Shown here piece by piece: positions 15,001 to 27,437 of a stretch of 64,000 nucleotides of DNA. How positions within the stretch are numbered: the stretch's first letter is position 1; every line of letters begins with the position of its first letter. The notes under the pieces were generated by a model. The model was not told the origin of the DNA. It searched no databases and was given only the letters and a program-made list of their open reading frames with translations. The position numbers and the translations under genes were made by a program. Origin of the DNA: Balanoglossus misakiensis (Eukaryota > Animalia > Hemichordata); assembly GCA_040954595.2 (NCBI GenBank), contig CM082590.2, positions 2,108,001-2,172,000 on the forward strand, in the 5' to 3' direction.

Positions 15001-18000
15001 CTGCCCTAGCAAGGGCCAGGGGTACCAATTCTCTGCCCTAGCAAGGGCCAGGGGTACCAATTCTCTGCCCTAGCAAGGGCCAGGGGTACTTATTCTCTGC
15101 CCTATCAAGGTCCATGGGTTCTTATTCTCTGCCCTAGCAAGGGCCAGGGGTACCAATTCTCTGCCCTAGCAAGGGCCAGGGGTACCAATTCTCTGCCCTA
15201 GCAAGGTCCAGGGGTACTTATTCTCTGCCCTATCAAGGTCCATGGGTTCTTATTTTCTGCCCTGGCAAGGTCCATGGGTTCTTATTCTCTGCCCTAGCAA
15301 GGTCCAGGGGTACCAATTCTCTGCCCTAGCAAGGTCCAGGGGTACTTATTCTCTGCCCTATCAAGGTCCATGGGTTCTTATTCTCTGCCCTAGCAAGGTC
15401 CAGGGGTACCAATTCTCTGCCCTATCAAGGTCCATGGGTTCTTATTCTCTGCCCTAGCAAGGTCCAGGGGTACCAATTCTCTGCCCTAGCAAGGGCCAGG
15501 GGTACTTATTCTCTGCCCTAGCAAGGGCCAGGGGTACCAATTCTCTGCCCTAGCAAGGGCCAGGGGTACCAATTCTCTGCCCTAGCAAGGGCCAGGGGAA
15601 CCAATTCTCTGCCCTAGCAAGGGCCAGGGATACTTATTCTCTGCCCTAGCAAGGGCCAGGGGTACTTATTCTCTGCCCTAACAAGGGCCAGGGGTACTTA
15701 TTCTCTGCCCTAGCAAGGGCCAGGGGTACTTATTCTCTGCCCTAGCAAGGGCCAGGGGTACCAATTCTCTGCCCTAGCAAGGGCCAGGGGTACCAATTCT
15801 CTGCCCTAGCAAGGGCCAGGGGTACCAATTCTCTGCCCTAGCTAGGGCCAGGGGTACCAATTCTCTGCCCTAGCAAGGGCCAGGGGTACCAATTCTCTGC
15901 CCTAGCAAGGTCCAGGGGTACTTATTCTCTGCCATATCAAGGTCCATGGGTTCTTATTCTCTGCCCTAGCAAGGGCCAGTGGTACCAATTCTCTGCCCTA
16001 GCAAGGGCCAGGGGTACCAATTCTCTGCCCTAGCAAGGGCCAGGGGTACCAATTCTCTGCCCTAGCAAGGGCCAGGGGAACCAATTCTCTGCCCTAGCAA
16101 GGGCCAGGGATACTTATTCTCTGCCCTAGCAAGGGCCAGGGGTACTTATTCTCTGCCCTAACAAGGGCCAGGGGTACTTATTCTCTGCCCTAGCAAGGGC
16201 CAGGGGTACTTATTCTCTGCCCTAGCAAGGGCCAGGAGTACCAATTCTCTGCCCTAGCAAGGGCCAGGGGTACCAATTCTCTGCCCTAGCAAGGGCCAGT
16301 GGTACCAATTCTCTGCCCTAGCAAGGGCCAGGGGTACCAATTCTCCGCCCTAGCAAGGGCCAGGGGTACCAATTCTCAGCCCTAGCAAGGGCCAGGGGTA
16401 CCAATTCTCTGCCCTAGCAAGGTCCAGGGGTACTTATTCTCTGCCCTATCAAGGTCCATGGGTTCTTATTCTCTGCCCTAGCAAGGTCCAGGGGTACCAA
16501 TTCTCTGCCCTATCAAGGTCCATGGGTTCTTATTCTCTGCCCTAGCAAGGTCCAGGGGTACCAATTCTCTGCCCTAGCAAGGGCCAGGGGTACCAATTCT
16601 CTGCCCTAGCAAGGGCCAGGGGTACCAATTCTCTGCCCTAGCAAGGGCCAGGGGTACCAATTCTCTGCCCTAGCAAGGTCCAGGGGTACTAATTCTCTGC
16701 CCTATCAAGGTCCATGGGTTCTTATTCTCTGCCCTGGCAAGGTCCAGGGGTACCAATTCTCTGCCCTATCAAGGTCCATGGGTTCTTATTCTCTGCCCTA
16801 GCAAGGTCCAGGGGTACCAATTCTCTGCCCTAGCAAGGTCCAGGGGTACTTATTCTCTGCCCTATCAAGGTCCATGGGTTCTTATTCTCTGCCCTAGCAA
16901 GGTCCAGGGGTACCAATTCTCTGCCCTATCAAGGTCCATGGGTTCTTATTCTCTGCCCTAGCAAGGTCCAGGGGTACCAATTCTCTGCCCTAGCAAGGGC
17001 CAGGGGTACTTATTCTCTGCCCTAGCAAGGGCCAGGGGTACTTATTCTCTGCCCTATCAAGGTCCATGGGTTCTTATTCTCTGCCCTAGCAAGGTCCAGG
17101 GGTACCAATTCTCTGCCCTATCAAGGTCCATGGGTTCTTATTCTCTGCCCTAGCAAGGTCCAGGGGTACCAATTCTCTGCCCTAGCAAGGGCCAGAAGTA
17201 CTTATTCTCTGCCCTAGCAAGGGCCAGGGGTACCAATTCTCTGCCCTAGCAAGGGCCAGGGGTACCAATTCTCTGCCCTAGGAAGGGCCAGGGGAACCAA
17301 TTCTCTGCCCTAGCAAGGGCCAGGGATACTTATTCTCTGCCCAGGCAAGGGCCAGGGGTACTTATTCTCTGCCCTAACAAGGGCCAGGGGTACTTATTCT
17401 CTGCCCTAGCAAGGGCCAGGGGTACTTATTCTCTGCCCTAGCAAGGGCCAGGGGTACCAATTCTATGCCCTAGCAAGGGCCAGGGGTACCAATTCTCTGC
17501 CCTAGCAAGGGCCAGGGGTAACAATTCTCTGCCCTAGCAAGGGCCAGGGGTACCAATTCTCTGCCCTAGCAAGGTCCAGGGGTACTTATTCTCTGCCCTA
17601 GCAAGGTCCAGGGGTACCAATTCTCTGCCCTATCAAGGGCCAGGGGTACTTATTCTCTGCCCTAGCAAGGGCCAGTGGTACCAATTCTCTGCCCTAGCAA
17701 GGGCCAGGGGTACCAATTCTCTGCCCTAGCAAGGTCCAGGGGTACCAATTCTCTGCCCTATCAAGGTCCATGGGTTCTTATTCTCTGCCCTAGCAAGGTC
17801 CAGGGGTACCAATTCTCTGCCCTAGCAAGGGCCAGGGGTACTTATTCTCTGCCCTAGCAAGGGCCAGGGGTACCAATTCTCTGCCCTAGCAAGGGCCAGG
17901 GGTACCAATTCTCTGCCCTAGCAAGGGCCAGGGGAACCAATTCTCTGCCCTAGCAAGGGCCAGGGATACTTATTCTCTGCCCTAGCAAGGGCCAGGGGTA

Positions 18001-21000
18001 CTTATTCTCTGCCCTAACAAGGGCCAGGGGTACTTATTCTCTGCCCTAGCAAGGGCCAGGGGTACTTATTCTCTGCCCTAGCAAGGGCCAGGGGTACCAA
18101 TTCTCTGCCCTAGCAAGGGCCAGGGGTACCAATTCTCTGCCCTAGCAAGGGCCAGGGGTACCAATTCTCTGCCCTAGCAAGGGCCAGGGGTACCAATTCT
18201 CTGCCCTAGCAAGGGCCAGGGGTACCAATTCTCTGCCCTAGCAAGGTCCAGGGGTACTTATTCTCTGCCATATCAAGGTCCATGGGTTCTTATTCTCTGC
18301 CCTAGCAAGGGCCAGTGGTACCAATTCTCTGCCCTAGCAAGGGCCAGGGGTACCAATTCTCTGCCCTAGCAAGGGCCAGGGGTACCAATTCTCTGCCCTA
18401 GCAAGGGCCAGGGGAACCAATTCTCTGCCCTAGCAAGGGCCAGGGATACTTATTCTCTGCCCTAGCAAGGGCCAGGGGTACTTATTCTCTGCCCTAACAA
18501 GGGCCAGGGGTACTTATTCTCTGCCCTAGCAAGGGCCAGGGGTACTTATTCTCTGCCCTAGCAAGGGCCAGGAGTACCAATTCTCTGCCCTAGCAAGGGC
18601 CAGGGGTACCAATTCTCTGCCCTAGCAAGGGCCAGTGGTACCAATTCTCTGCCCTAGCAAGGGCCAGGGGTACCAATTCTCCGCCCTAGCAAGGGCCAGG
18701 GGTACCAATTCTCAGCCCTAGCAAGGGCCAGGGGTACCAATTCTCTGCCCTAGCAAGGTCCAGGGGTACTTATTCTCTGCCCTATCAAGGTCCATGGGTT
18801 CTTATTCTCTGCCCTAGCAAGGTCCAGGGGTACCAATTCTCTGCCCTATCAAGGTCCATGGGTTCTTATTCTCTGCCCTAGCAAGGTCCAGGGGTACCAA
18901 TTCTCTGCCCTAGCAAGGGCCAGGGGTACCAATTCTCTGCCCTAGCAAGGGCCAGGGGTACCAATTCTCTGCCCTAGCAAGGGCCAGGGGTACCAATTCT
19001 CTGCCCTAGCAAGGTCCAGGGGTACTAATTCTCTGCCCTATCAAGGTCCATGGGTTCTTATTCTCTGCCCTGGCAAGGTCCAGGGGTACCAATTCTCTGC
19101 CCTATCAAGGTCCATGGGTTCTTATTCTCTGCCCTAGCAAGGTCCAGGGGTACCAATTCTCTGCCCTAGCAAGGTCCAGGGGTACTTATTCTCTGCCCTA
19201 TCAAGGTCCATGGGTTCTTATTCTCTGCCCTAGCAAGGTCCAGGGGTACCAATTCTCTGCCCTATCAAGGTCCATGGGTTCTTATTCTCTGCCCTAGCAA
19301 GGTCCAGGGGTACCAATTCTCTGCCCTAGCAAGGGCCAGGGGTACTTATTCTCTGCCCTAGCAAGGGCCAGGGGTACTTATTCTCTGCCCTATCAAGGTC
19401 CATGGGTTCTTATTCTCTGCCCTAGCAAGGTCCAGGGGTACCAATTCTCTGCCCTATCAAGGTCCATGGGTTCTTATTCTCTGCCCTAGCAAGGTCCAGG
19501 GGTACCAATTCTCTGCCCTAGCAAGGGCCAGAAGTACTTATTCTCTGCCCTAGCAAGGGCCAGGGGTACCAATTCTCTGCCCTAGCAAGGGCCAGGGGTA
19601 CCAATTCTCTGCCCTAGGAAGGGCCAGGGGAACCAATTCTCTGCCCTAGCAAGGGCCAGGGATACTTATTCTCTGCCCAGGCAAGGGCCAGGGGTACTTA
19701 TTCTCTGCCCTAACAAGGGCCAGGGGTACTTATTCTCTGCCCTAGCAAGGGCCAGGGGTACTTATTCTCTGCCCTAGCAAGGGCCAGGGGTACCAATTCT
19801 ATGCCCTAGCAAGGGCCAGGGGTACCAATTCTCTGCCCTAGCAAGGGCCAGGGGTAACAATTCTCTGCCCTAGCAAGGGCCAGGGGTACCAATTCTCTGC
19901 CCTAGCAAGGTCCAGGGGTACTTATTCTCTGCCCTAGCAAGGTCCAGGGGTACCAATTCTCTGCCCTATCAAGGGCCAGGGGTACTTATTCTCTGCCCTA
20001 GCAAGGGCCAGTGGTACCAATTCTCTGCCCTAGCAAGGGCCAGGGGTACCAATTCTCTGCCCTAGCAAGGGCCAGGGGTACCAATTCTCTGCCCTAGCAA
20101 GGGCCAGGGGTACCAATTCTCTGCCCTAGCAAGGTCCAGGGGTACTTATTCTCTGCCCTATCAAGGTCCATGGGTTCTTATTCTCTGCCCTAGCAAGGTC
20201 CAGGGGTACCAATTCTCTGCCCTATCAAGGTACATGGGTTCTTATTCTCTGCCCTAGCAAGGTCCAGGGGTACCAATTCTCTGCCCTAGCAAGGGCCAGG
20301 GGTACTTATTCTCTGCCCTAGCAAGGGCCAGGGGTACCAATTCTCTGCCCTAGCAAGGGCCAGGGGTACCAATTCTCTGCCCTAGCAAGGGCCAGGGGTA
20401 CCAATTCTCTGCCCTAGCAAGGGCCAGGGGTACTTATTCTCTGCCCTAGCAAGGGCCAGGGGTATTTATTCTCTGCCCTAGCAAGGGCCAGGGGTACTTA
20501 TTCTTTGCCCTAGCAAGGTCCAGGGGTACTTATTCTCTGCCCTAGCAAGGTCCAGGGGTACCAATTCTCAGCCCTAGCAAGGTCCAGGGGTACCAATTCT
20601 CTGCCCTAGCAAGTGCCAGGGGTACCAATTCTCTGCCCCAGCAAGGGCCAGGGGTACTTTTTCTCTGCCCTAGCAAGGGCCAGGTGTACCAATTCTCTGC
20701 CCTAGCAAGGTCCAGGGGTACCAATTCTCTGCCCTAGCAAGGGCCAGGGGTACCAATTCTCTGCCCTAGCAAGGGCCACGGGTACCAATTCTCTGCCCTA
20801 GCAAGGGCCAGGGATACTTATTCTCTGCCCTAGCAAGGGCCAGGGGTACTTATTCTCTGCCCTAACAAGGGCCAGGGGTACTTATTCTCTGCCCTAGCAA
20901 GGGCCAGTGGTACCAATTCTCTGCCCTAGCAAGGGCCAGGGGTACCAATTCTCTGCCCTAGCAAGGGCCAGGGGTACCAATTCTCTGCCCTAGCAAGGGC

Positions 21001-23768
21001 CAGGGGTACCAATTCTCTGCCCTAGCAAGGTCCAGGGGTACTTATTCTCTGCCCTATCAAGGTCCATGGGTTCTTATTCTCTGCCCTAGCAAGGTCCAGG
21101 GGTACCAATTCTCTGCCCTATCAAGGTACATGGGTTCTTATTCTCTGCCCTAGCAAGGTCCAGGGGTACCAATTCTCTGCCCTAGCAAGGGCCAGGGGTA
21201 CTTATTCTCTGCCCTAGCAAGGGCCAGGGGTACCAATTCTCTGCCCTAGCAAGGGCCAGGGGTACCAATTCTCTGCCCTAGCAAGGGCCAGGGGTACCAA
21301 TTCTCTGCCCTAGCAAGGGCCAGGGGTACTTATTCTCTGCCCTAGCAAGGGCCAGGGGTATTTATTCTCTGCCCTAGCAAGGGCCAGGGGTACTTATTCT
21401 CTGCCCTAGCAAGGTCCAGGGGTACTTATTCTCTGCCCTAGCAAGGTCCAGGGGTACCAATTCTCAGCCCTAGCAAGGTCCAGGGGTACCAATTCTCTGC
21501 CCTAGCAAGTGCCAGGGGTACCAATTCTCTGCCCCAGCAAGGGCCAGGGGTACTTTTTCTCTGCCCTAGCAAGGGCCAGGTGTACCAATTCTCTGCCCTA
21601 GCAAGGTCCAGGGGTACCAATTCTCTGCCCTAGCAAGGGCCAGGGGTACCAATTCTCTGCCCTAGCAAGGGCCACGGGTACCAATTCTCTGCCCTAGCAA
21701 GGGCCAGGGATACTTATTCTCTGCCCTAGCAAGGGCCAGGGGTACTTATTCTCTGCCCTAACAAGGGCCAGGGGTACTTATTCTCTGCCCTAGCAAGGTC
21801 CAGGGGTACCAATTCTCTGCCCTAGCAAGGGCCAGGGGTACTTATTCTCTGCCCTAGCAAGGGCCAGGGGTACTTATTCTCTGCCCTAGCAAGGTCCAGG
21901 GGTACCAATTCTCTGCCCTAGTAAGGTCCAGAGGCACTTATTCTCTGTCCTAGCAAGGTCCAGGGGTACCAATTCTCTGCCCTTGCATCGCCCAGAGGGA
22001 CTTATTCTCTGCCCTTGCATGGTCCAGGGGAACCAATTCTCTGCCCTAGCAAGGGCCAGGGGTACCAATTCTCTGCCCTAGCAAGGGCCAGGAGTACCAA
22101 TTCTCTGCCCTAGCAAGGGCCAGGGGTACCAATTCTCTGCCCTTGCATGGTCCAGGGGTACCAATTCTCTGCCCTAGCAAGGGCCAGGGGTACCAATTCT
22201 ATGCCCTAGCAAGGGCCAGGGGTACTTATTCTCTGCCCTAGCAAGGGCCAGGGGTACTTATTCTCTGCCCTAGCAAGGTCCAGGGGTACCAATTCTCTGC
22301 CCTAGTAAGGTCCAGAGGCACTTATTCTCTGTCCTAGCAAGGTCCAGGGGTACCAATTCTCTGCCCTTGCATCGCCCAGAGGCACTTATTCTCTGCCCTT
22401 GCATGGTCCAGGGGAACCAATTCTCTGCCCTAGCAAGGGCCAGGGGTACCAATTCTCTGCCCTAGCAAGGGCCAGGAGTACCAATTCTCTGCCCTAGCAA
22501 GGGCCAGGGGTACCAATTCTCTGCCCTTGCATGGTCCAGGGGTACCAATTCTCTGCCCTAGCAAGGGCCAGGGGTACCAATTCTATGCCCTAGCAAGGGC
22601 CAGGGGTACCAATTCTCTGCCTTAGCAAGGGCCAGGGGTACCAATTCTCTGCCCTAGCAAGTGCCAGGGGTACCAATTCTCTGCCCTTGCATGGTCCAGG
22701 GGTACCAATTCTCTGCCCTAGCAAGGGCCAGGGGTACCAATTCTCTGCCCTAGCAAGGGCCAGGGGTACCAATTCTCTGCCCTAGCAAGGGCCAGGGGTA
22801 CCAATTCTCTGCCCTAGCAAGGGCCAGGGGTACCAATTCTCTGCCCTTGCATGGTCCAGGGGTACCAATTCTCTGCCTTAGCAAGGGCCAGGGGTACCAA
22901 TTCTCTGCCCTAGCAAGTGCCAGGGGTACCAATTCTCTGCCCTTGCATGGTCCAGGGGTACCAATTCTCTGCCCTAGCAAGGGCCAGGGGTACCAATTCT
23001 CTGCCCTAGCAAGGGCCAGGGGTACCAATTCTCTGCCCTAGCAAGGGCCAGGGGTACCAATTCTCTGCCCTAGCAAGGGCCAGGGGTACCAATTCTCTGC
23101 CCTTGCATGGTCCAGGGGTACCAATTCTCTGCCCTAGCAAGGGCCAGGGGTACCAATTCTCTGCCCTTTCAAGGTCCATGGGTTCTTATTCTCTGCCCTT
23201 GCATGGTCCAGGGGTACCAATTCTCTGCCCTAGCAAGGGCCAGGGGTACCAATTCTCTGCCCTTGCATGGTCCAGGGGTACCAATTCTCTGCCCTAGCAA
23301 GGGCCAGGGGTACCAATTCCCTGCCCTAGCAAGGGCCAGGGGTACCAATTCTCTGCGCTAGCAAGGGCCAGGGGTACCAATTCTCTGCCCTCGCATGGTC
23401 CAGGGGTACCAATTCTCTGCCCTAGCAAGGGCCAGGGGTACTTATTCTCTGCCCTTGCATGGTCCAGGGGTAACAATTCTCTACCCTAGCAAGGGCCAGG
23501 GGTACCAATTCTCTGCCCTAGCAAGGTCCAGAGGCACTTATTCTCTGCCCTATCAAGGTCCAGGGGTACCAATTCTCTTCCCTAGCAAGGTCCAGAGGCA
23601 CTTATTCTCTGCCCTATCAAGGTCCATGGGTTCTTATTCTCTGCCCTAGCAAGGTCCAGGGGTACCAATTCTCTGCCCTAGCAAGGGCCAGGGGTACTTA
23701 TTCTCTGCCCTAGCAAGGGCCAGGGGTACTTATTCTCTGCCCTAGCAAGGGCCAGGGGTACAAATTCT
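1..23768. repeat. 32-bp tandem satellite array, left block (~743 monomers, runs off the window start)
   Basis: Continuous head-to-tail GCCCTAGCAAGG(G/T)CCAGGGGTAC(CA/TT)ATTCTCT. The 32-bp register is kept across the block (GCAAGG at 1, 961 and 23521). The main monomer is 19/32 GC with no CpG. Confidence 0.99.
23756..23768 (+). repeat. Target-site duplication, left copy (GGGTACAAATTCT)
   Basis: Identical to 30439-30451. Both copies carry the minority TACAAATT variant rather than TACCAATT or TACTTATT, so the match is not just satellite periodicity. Confidence 0.93.
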
Positions 23769-23900
23769 TAATATTTATTTATTTGCATAAAGGCCACCGG
23801 CCCATTGCATTTAGTACATCAAAATGATACAGAGGTAAAGAATTTGATTTGATTGCACCACAAAATTATACAAAACATTTAGACAGAGTATTGCATGCTA
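23769..23900 (-). other. LINE 3' UTR with terminal stem-loop, AATAAA and short (TAAA)n-like tail
   Basis: The minus strand ends TGCAATGGGCCGGTGGCCTTTATGCAAATAAATAAATATTA. GGCC/GGCC and TGCA/TGCA can pair in one hairpin just before the tail. Confidence 0.75.
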
Positions 23901-26900
23901 TTACAAATTTAGTGCTTCTTTCCGCAATTCGAATGCTTGATATACATATTTTGCCAGGTTATTTATAATATTGTTATCACCTGAGGTGAAAAGTTTGACA
24001 ATATTTGCTTGATAATGATATCTTGTAAAACACTTTGGCAAATATTTCTCCCTAAGATTTTGATAAAGTGTACATTCAAAAAGAAAATGATATTCGTCTT
24101 CAACGATACATATATTACAAATTTCACATAACCTTTCAGACCTATCCAGACCTTTGCTGCGGCCAGTTTCAATAGAGAGCTGGTGGCCGGAACATCGTAT
24201 CTGTGAAAGGGTCTTTCTATGTTTGTTAATTTTAACATTAAATAAATAATTTTCAAGGCATGGGCTATTCTTTAATTGACAAAACATTTGTAAACGGCTT
24301 GTGCTAGAAATTTCCCCCCACCAGTCTTGACACCAATTATCTTTTACTGTATCTGAAAACAGTGTAATAAACAATTTTTCATTACCAACTCCCTGATTAA
24401 TCCAAGCATATCCATAACCATATCTATAAAGTATATTACGAATATGAGATGCCCAATTTGTTTTCCCCAATAAATCTTCTCTTACAAGAAGTGTATATGA
24501 ATGTTTTGCTATTTGTGTATTTGGCATAGATAATAATTTCAGCCACCATTTTATGCATCGAATGTATGTATGAACGAAAATAGGTGGTCTGCCCAATTCC
24601 CCTATTACAGCGGCATTTGGAGTGTTACTTTTTACGCCTAAAAAGCGTTTACAATACTTATAATGTACAGTTTCTGCGCATGCGTAGGGTTGAAAACCCC
24701 ATATCTCTGAGCCATATGTCAAAATTGGCAAGATCATTATATCAAACACTTTAAAGTAAAGCTGACAAGGGAGTTCGCCAAATTTTCGTGTAAAGCGGTT
24801 GACAGTAAATATAGCTTTCTTGGCCTGTTCAGATAAAGTTTGTACAGCCTTAAACCATACATTTCGACTAGAAAACACAATACCCAGATATTTATAATAA
24901 GATACAACATTCACTTGTTCTCCTCCATATAGCCATTTTTCTGTTTTCTTAATTATACCACCGTTTCTAAATACAATAATTTTTGTTTTGGACAAATTTA
25001 CTTTCATTTTACATTTTTCAGTAAATAAATTAAGCGTGTTTAGCAACCTCTGCAAGCCAACTACAGTGTCTGCAAACATCGTGATGTCATCAGCATACAG
25101 TAGGAGGAAAATATCTTTCAATTCCTGTGTTATTTGTATACCCATGTGACCTGCATTTTCAACCATATTTTGTAGTTCATTAATAAATATAGCAAATAAA
25201 AACGGGCTGAGGATGCAACCTTGACGTACACCCGATGGACAGTCAAAACATTCTGTTATATGTTGTTTCACTCTGACGCAAGATTTGACGTCTTTATATA
25301 TGCTTTTAAGGGTTATGAACATTTTACCTTGCACACCATTCTGTAAAAGTGACATAAATAAAAGTGTATGATTAACAGTGTCAAATGCTTTGGCAAAGTC
25401 AACAAAAACGCAATAAAATCGTCCCCCTCGTCTTCCCAGATATTTTTGTACAATTGCATAAAGAGAGAAAATATTATGTAAAGTGGAATACCCTTTTCTA
25501 AACCCTGCCTGACACTCTGATAACTTGCCTTCCGCATCGGCCCATGTAGTCAACCTCTCGTTAAGAATAGTAGTGAAAATTTTACTGAAATTACTCAAAA
25601 GAGTGATACCTCTATAATTGTTTACATTGCCTTTATCGCCTGATTTGTGGAGAGGTACAATGACTCCCATGGACCAACCATCAGGAAAGTTTCCAGAGTC
25701 AAAAATTAAATTGAAAAGGCGCACAAGATATGGAAGGAGAATATTCTCAGATACTTTAAAAAATTCAGCTGGCAGGCCATCGAAACCCGGTGCTTTTCCA
25801 GTTTTAAGCTTCTGGATGGCTTTAGATATCTCATCCACTGTAATAGGCTTATTCAAAATCAATTCATCAGATGCGTAACCAGTGTCGCCCATTGTTATGT
25901 TCTGAATATCCATGTCTACAGGGAGGGCCTGAAACAACTTTTTGAAATGCTCAATCCAATGACTGGCTGGGATTTCTGACTTTGAAAACTTCCTATTCAG
26001 CAAACGAAACTTTTCCCATATTGAACCAGTATCGCTGATGTCTTTCACAAGTGAGAATTTTAATTCTTCTTGGTAATCTCGTTTCTTTTTTCTGCAAAGC
26101 ACCTTAAATTTCCTCTTAGTTTCATTATACTCCGACAAATCGACCTCTCTATTCATAATACGAAATTCACGTAGGCTCTTATTTTTAACAGATTTCAGAG
26201 AAATACATTCAGCATCAAACCAGGGAGCATGAGTATTACATTGCAAGTGGGAGTTGTAATTTAATTTTGTACACACTTTCATTTCTGACCCGGCGGCTTC
26301 AAAAATTGTACCTATATATTTAACACATTCATTAGCATCACCTCTGTTCAGGGCAGTTGATACATGATCCCAATGTTCAGACATGTTCACCCTTTCAATG
26401 AAATTATCCTTCCACTCTTGTTTCCACTTAAACTTAACTAATTTCTTTGTACAATTCTCTTCAATTATTATGGGTTGTTCAAAGTTAGTGTATATGTCAA
26501 GGTCAATATGTAACACAATGGGTAGATGGTCAGAAAAGTCTATACTAAGCACAGAAAAATAGCTTATTGCCTTAAATAAATCCGTCGAAGCAATCATATA
26601 ATCAACAACACTGCATCCGTTATGGGAAAAACATGTAAATTCTCCTGGAACATCTTGGTCCTTGCGACCATTTATAATATGTACATCAAACGTTTTGCAA
26701 AGCATTAATAGAGAATTACCAAAATTATTTAATATTTTATCTTTAGATTTACGTGGCATGGTAAATTCGTCACACATGTATGATTCCATTGGCAAGTATT
26801 CAGTGGAGTCGTCCACAATAAAGTCATCATTCGATGAGGTCCTTGCATTAAAGTCGCCACTTAAAATAATATTTACATCTTGATAATCTGTCAAAATATT

Positions 26901-27320
26901 TGTAATATATTCTTCTAAGAGAGTTATACCATTTTCATCTGATAAACTACTATATACGGTTGAGTACTCAGGAGCTATGTAGACGCAACAATATATCACA
27001 TCCTTAGGGGGTGTGAAGTGAAAGAAATCATTATGTAATAACAATACAACAACATCTTGTAATTGACAATGCAATTGAGTAATACCAGCAGTAACATTAT
27101 CACTAACATAGACAGCAACTCCACCTGCATTCCGCCCTCGTTTACGTATTTTCTTTCTTGGTTTGTTAAAACATACATAACCAGGGATACTTGGTGTATC
27201 ATCAATATCTAACCATGTTTCTGCAAAGCCAATAATATTATACGATTTGCATGTAGACAGAAAATCATTTAAAGACAGCTTACTTTTGAGGCCTCTTACA
27301 TTCAGCGTCATTAATTTCAA
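23901..27320 (-). CDS. LINE ORF2p: APE endonuclease + reverse transcriptase + C-terminal Cys/His motif (true start uncertain)
   Basis: APE motifs: TLNVRGL, FAETW, GGVAVYV, VYIAP, GDFNA, VDY, SDHLP. RT motifs: KAPGFDG, NYRGITLL, QAGFR, FVDFAKAFDTV, GVRQGCILSP, YADD (25086-25097), YKYLG. CX2C…H…C motif at 24072-24128. The track start at 27320 is TTG, the first in-frame ATG is at 27311, and the frame stays open upstream to 27437. Confidence 0.97.
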   Translation of the reverse strand: MKLMTLNVRGLKSKLSLNDFLSTCKSYNIIGFAETWLDIDDTPSIPGYVCFNKPRKKIRKRGRNAGGVAVYVSDNVTAGITQLHCQLQDVVVLLLHNDFFHFTPPKDVIYCCVYIAPEYSTVYSSLSDENGITLLEEYITNILTDYQDVNIILSGDFNARTSSNDDFIVDDSTEYLPMESYMCDEFTMPRKSKDKILNNFGNSLLMLCKTFDVHIINGRKDQDVPGEFTCFSHNGCSVVDYMIASTDLFKAISYFSVLSIDFSDHLPIVLHIDLDIYTNFEQPIIIEENCTKKLVKFKWKQEWKDNFIERVNMSEHWDHVSTALNRGDANECVKYIGTIFEAAGSEMKVCTKLNYNSHLQCNTHAPWFDAECISLKSVKNKSLREFRIMNREVDLSEYNETKRKFKVLCRKKKRDYQEELKFSLVKDISDTGSIWEKFRLLNRKFSKSEIPASHWIEHFKKLFQALPVDMDIQNITMGDTGYASDELILNKPITVDEISKAIQKLKTGKAPGFDGLPAEFFKVSENILLPYLVRLFNLIFDSGNFPDGWSMGVIVPLHKSGDKGNVNNYRGITLLSNFSKIFTTILNERLTTWADAEGKLSECQAGFRKGYSTLHNIFSLYAIVQKYLGRRGGRFYCVFVDFAKAFDTVNHTLLFMSLLQNGVQGKMFITLKSIYKDVKSCVRVKQHITECFDCPSGVRQGCILSPFLFAIFINELQNMVENAGHMGIQITQELKDIFLLLYADDITMFADTVVGLQRLLNTLNLFTEKCKMKVNLSKTKIIVFRNGGIIKKTEKWLYGGEQVNVVSYYKYLGIVFSSRNVWFKAVQTLSEQAKKAIFTVNRFTRKFGELPCQLYFKVFDIMILPILTYGSEIWGFQPYACAETVHYKYCKRFLGVKSNTPNAAVIGELGRPPIFVHTYIRCIKWWLKLLSMPNTQIAKHSYTLLVREDLLGKTNWASHIRNILYRYGYGYAWINQGVGNEKLFITLFSDTVKDNWCQDWWGEISSTSRLQMFCQLKNSPCLENYLFNVKINKHRKTLSQIRCSGHQLSIETGRSKGLDRSERLCEICNICIVEDEYHFLFECTLYQNLREKYLPKCFTRYHYQANIVKLFTSGDNNIINNLAKYVYQAFELRKEALNL

Positions 27321-27437
27321 TGCGGCTGTTGAGCTGTCACTATTTCTATTCTCTGTATTATAACAGGTGTGTACATCAATGCTATTTCCATCATAATCAT
27401 CCTGCTTGTTTTCAATATTCGGGCCTTGACCTAACCA

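Noticed and set aside
779-23649. Many 60-96 aa ORFs in the left satellite (e.g. MQGPGVLILCPSKGQGYQFSALAR…)
   Set aside because: They are translations of the 32-bp repeat that cycle through frames every 96 bp. They open only where a variant removes the TAG, and most use non-ATG starts.
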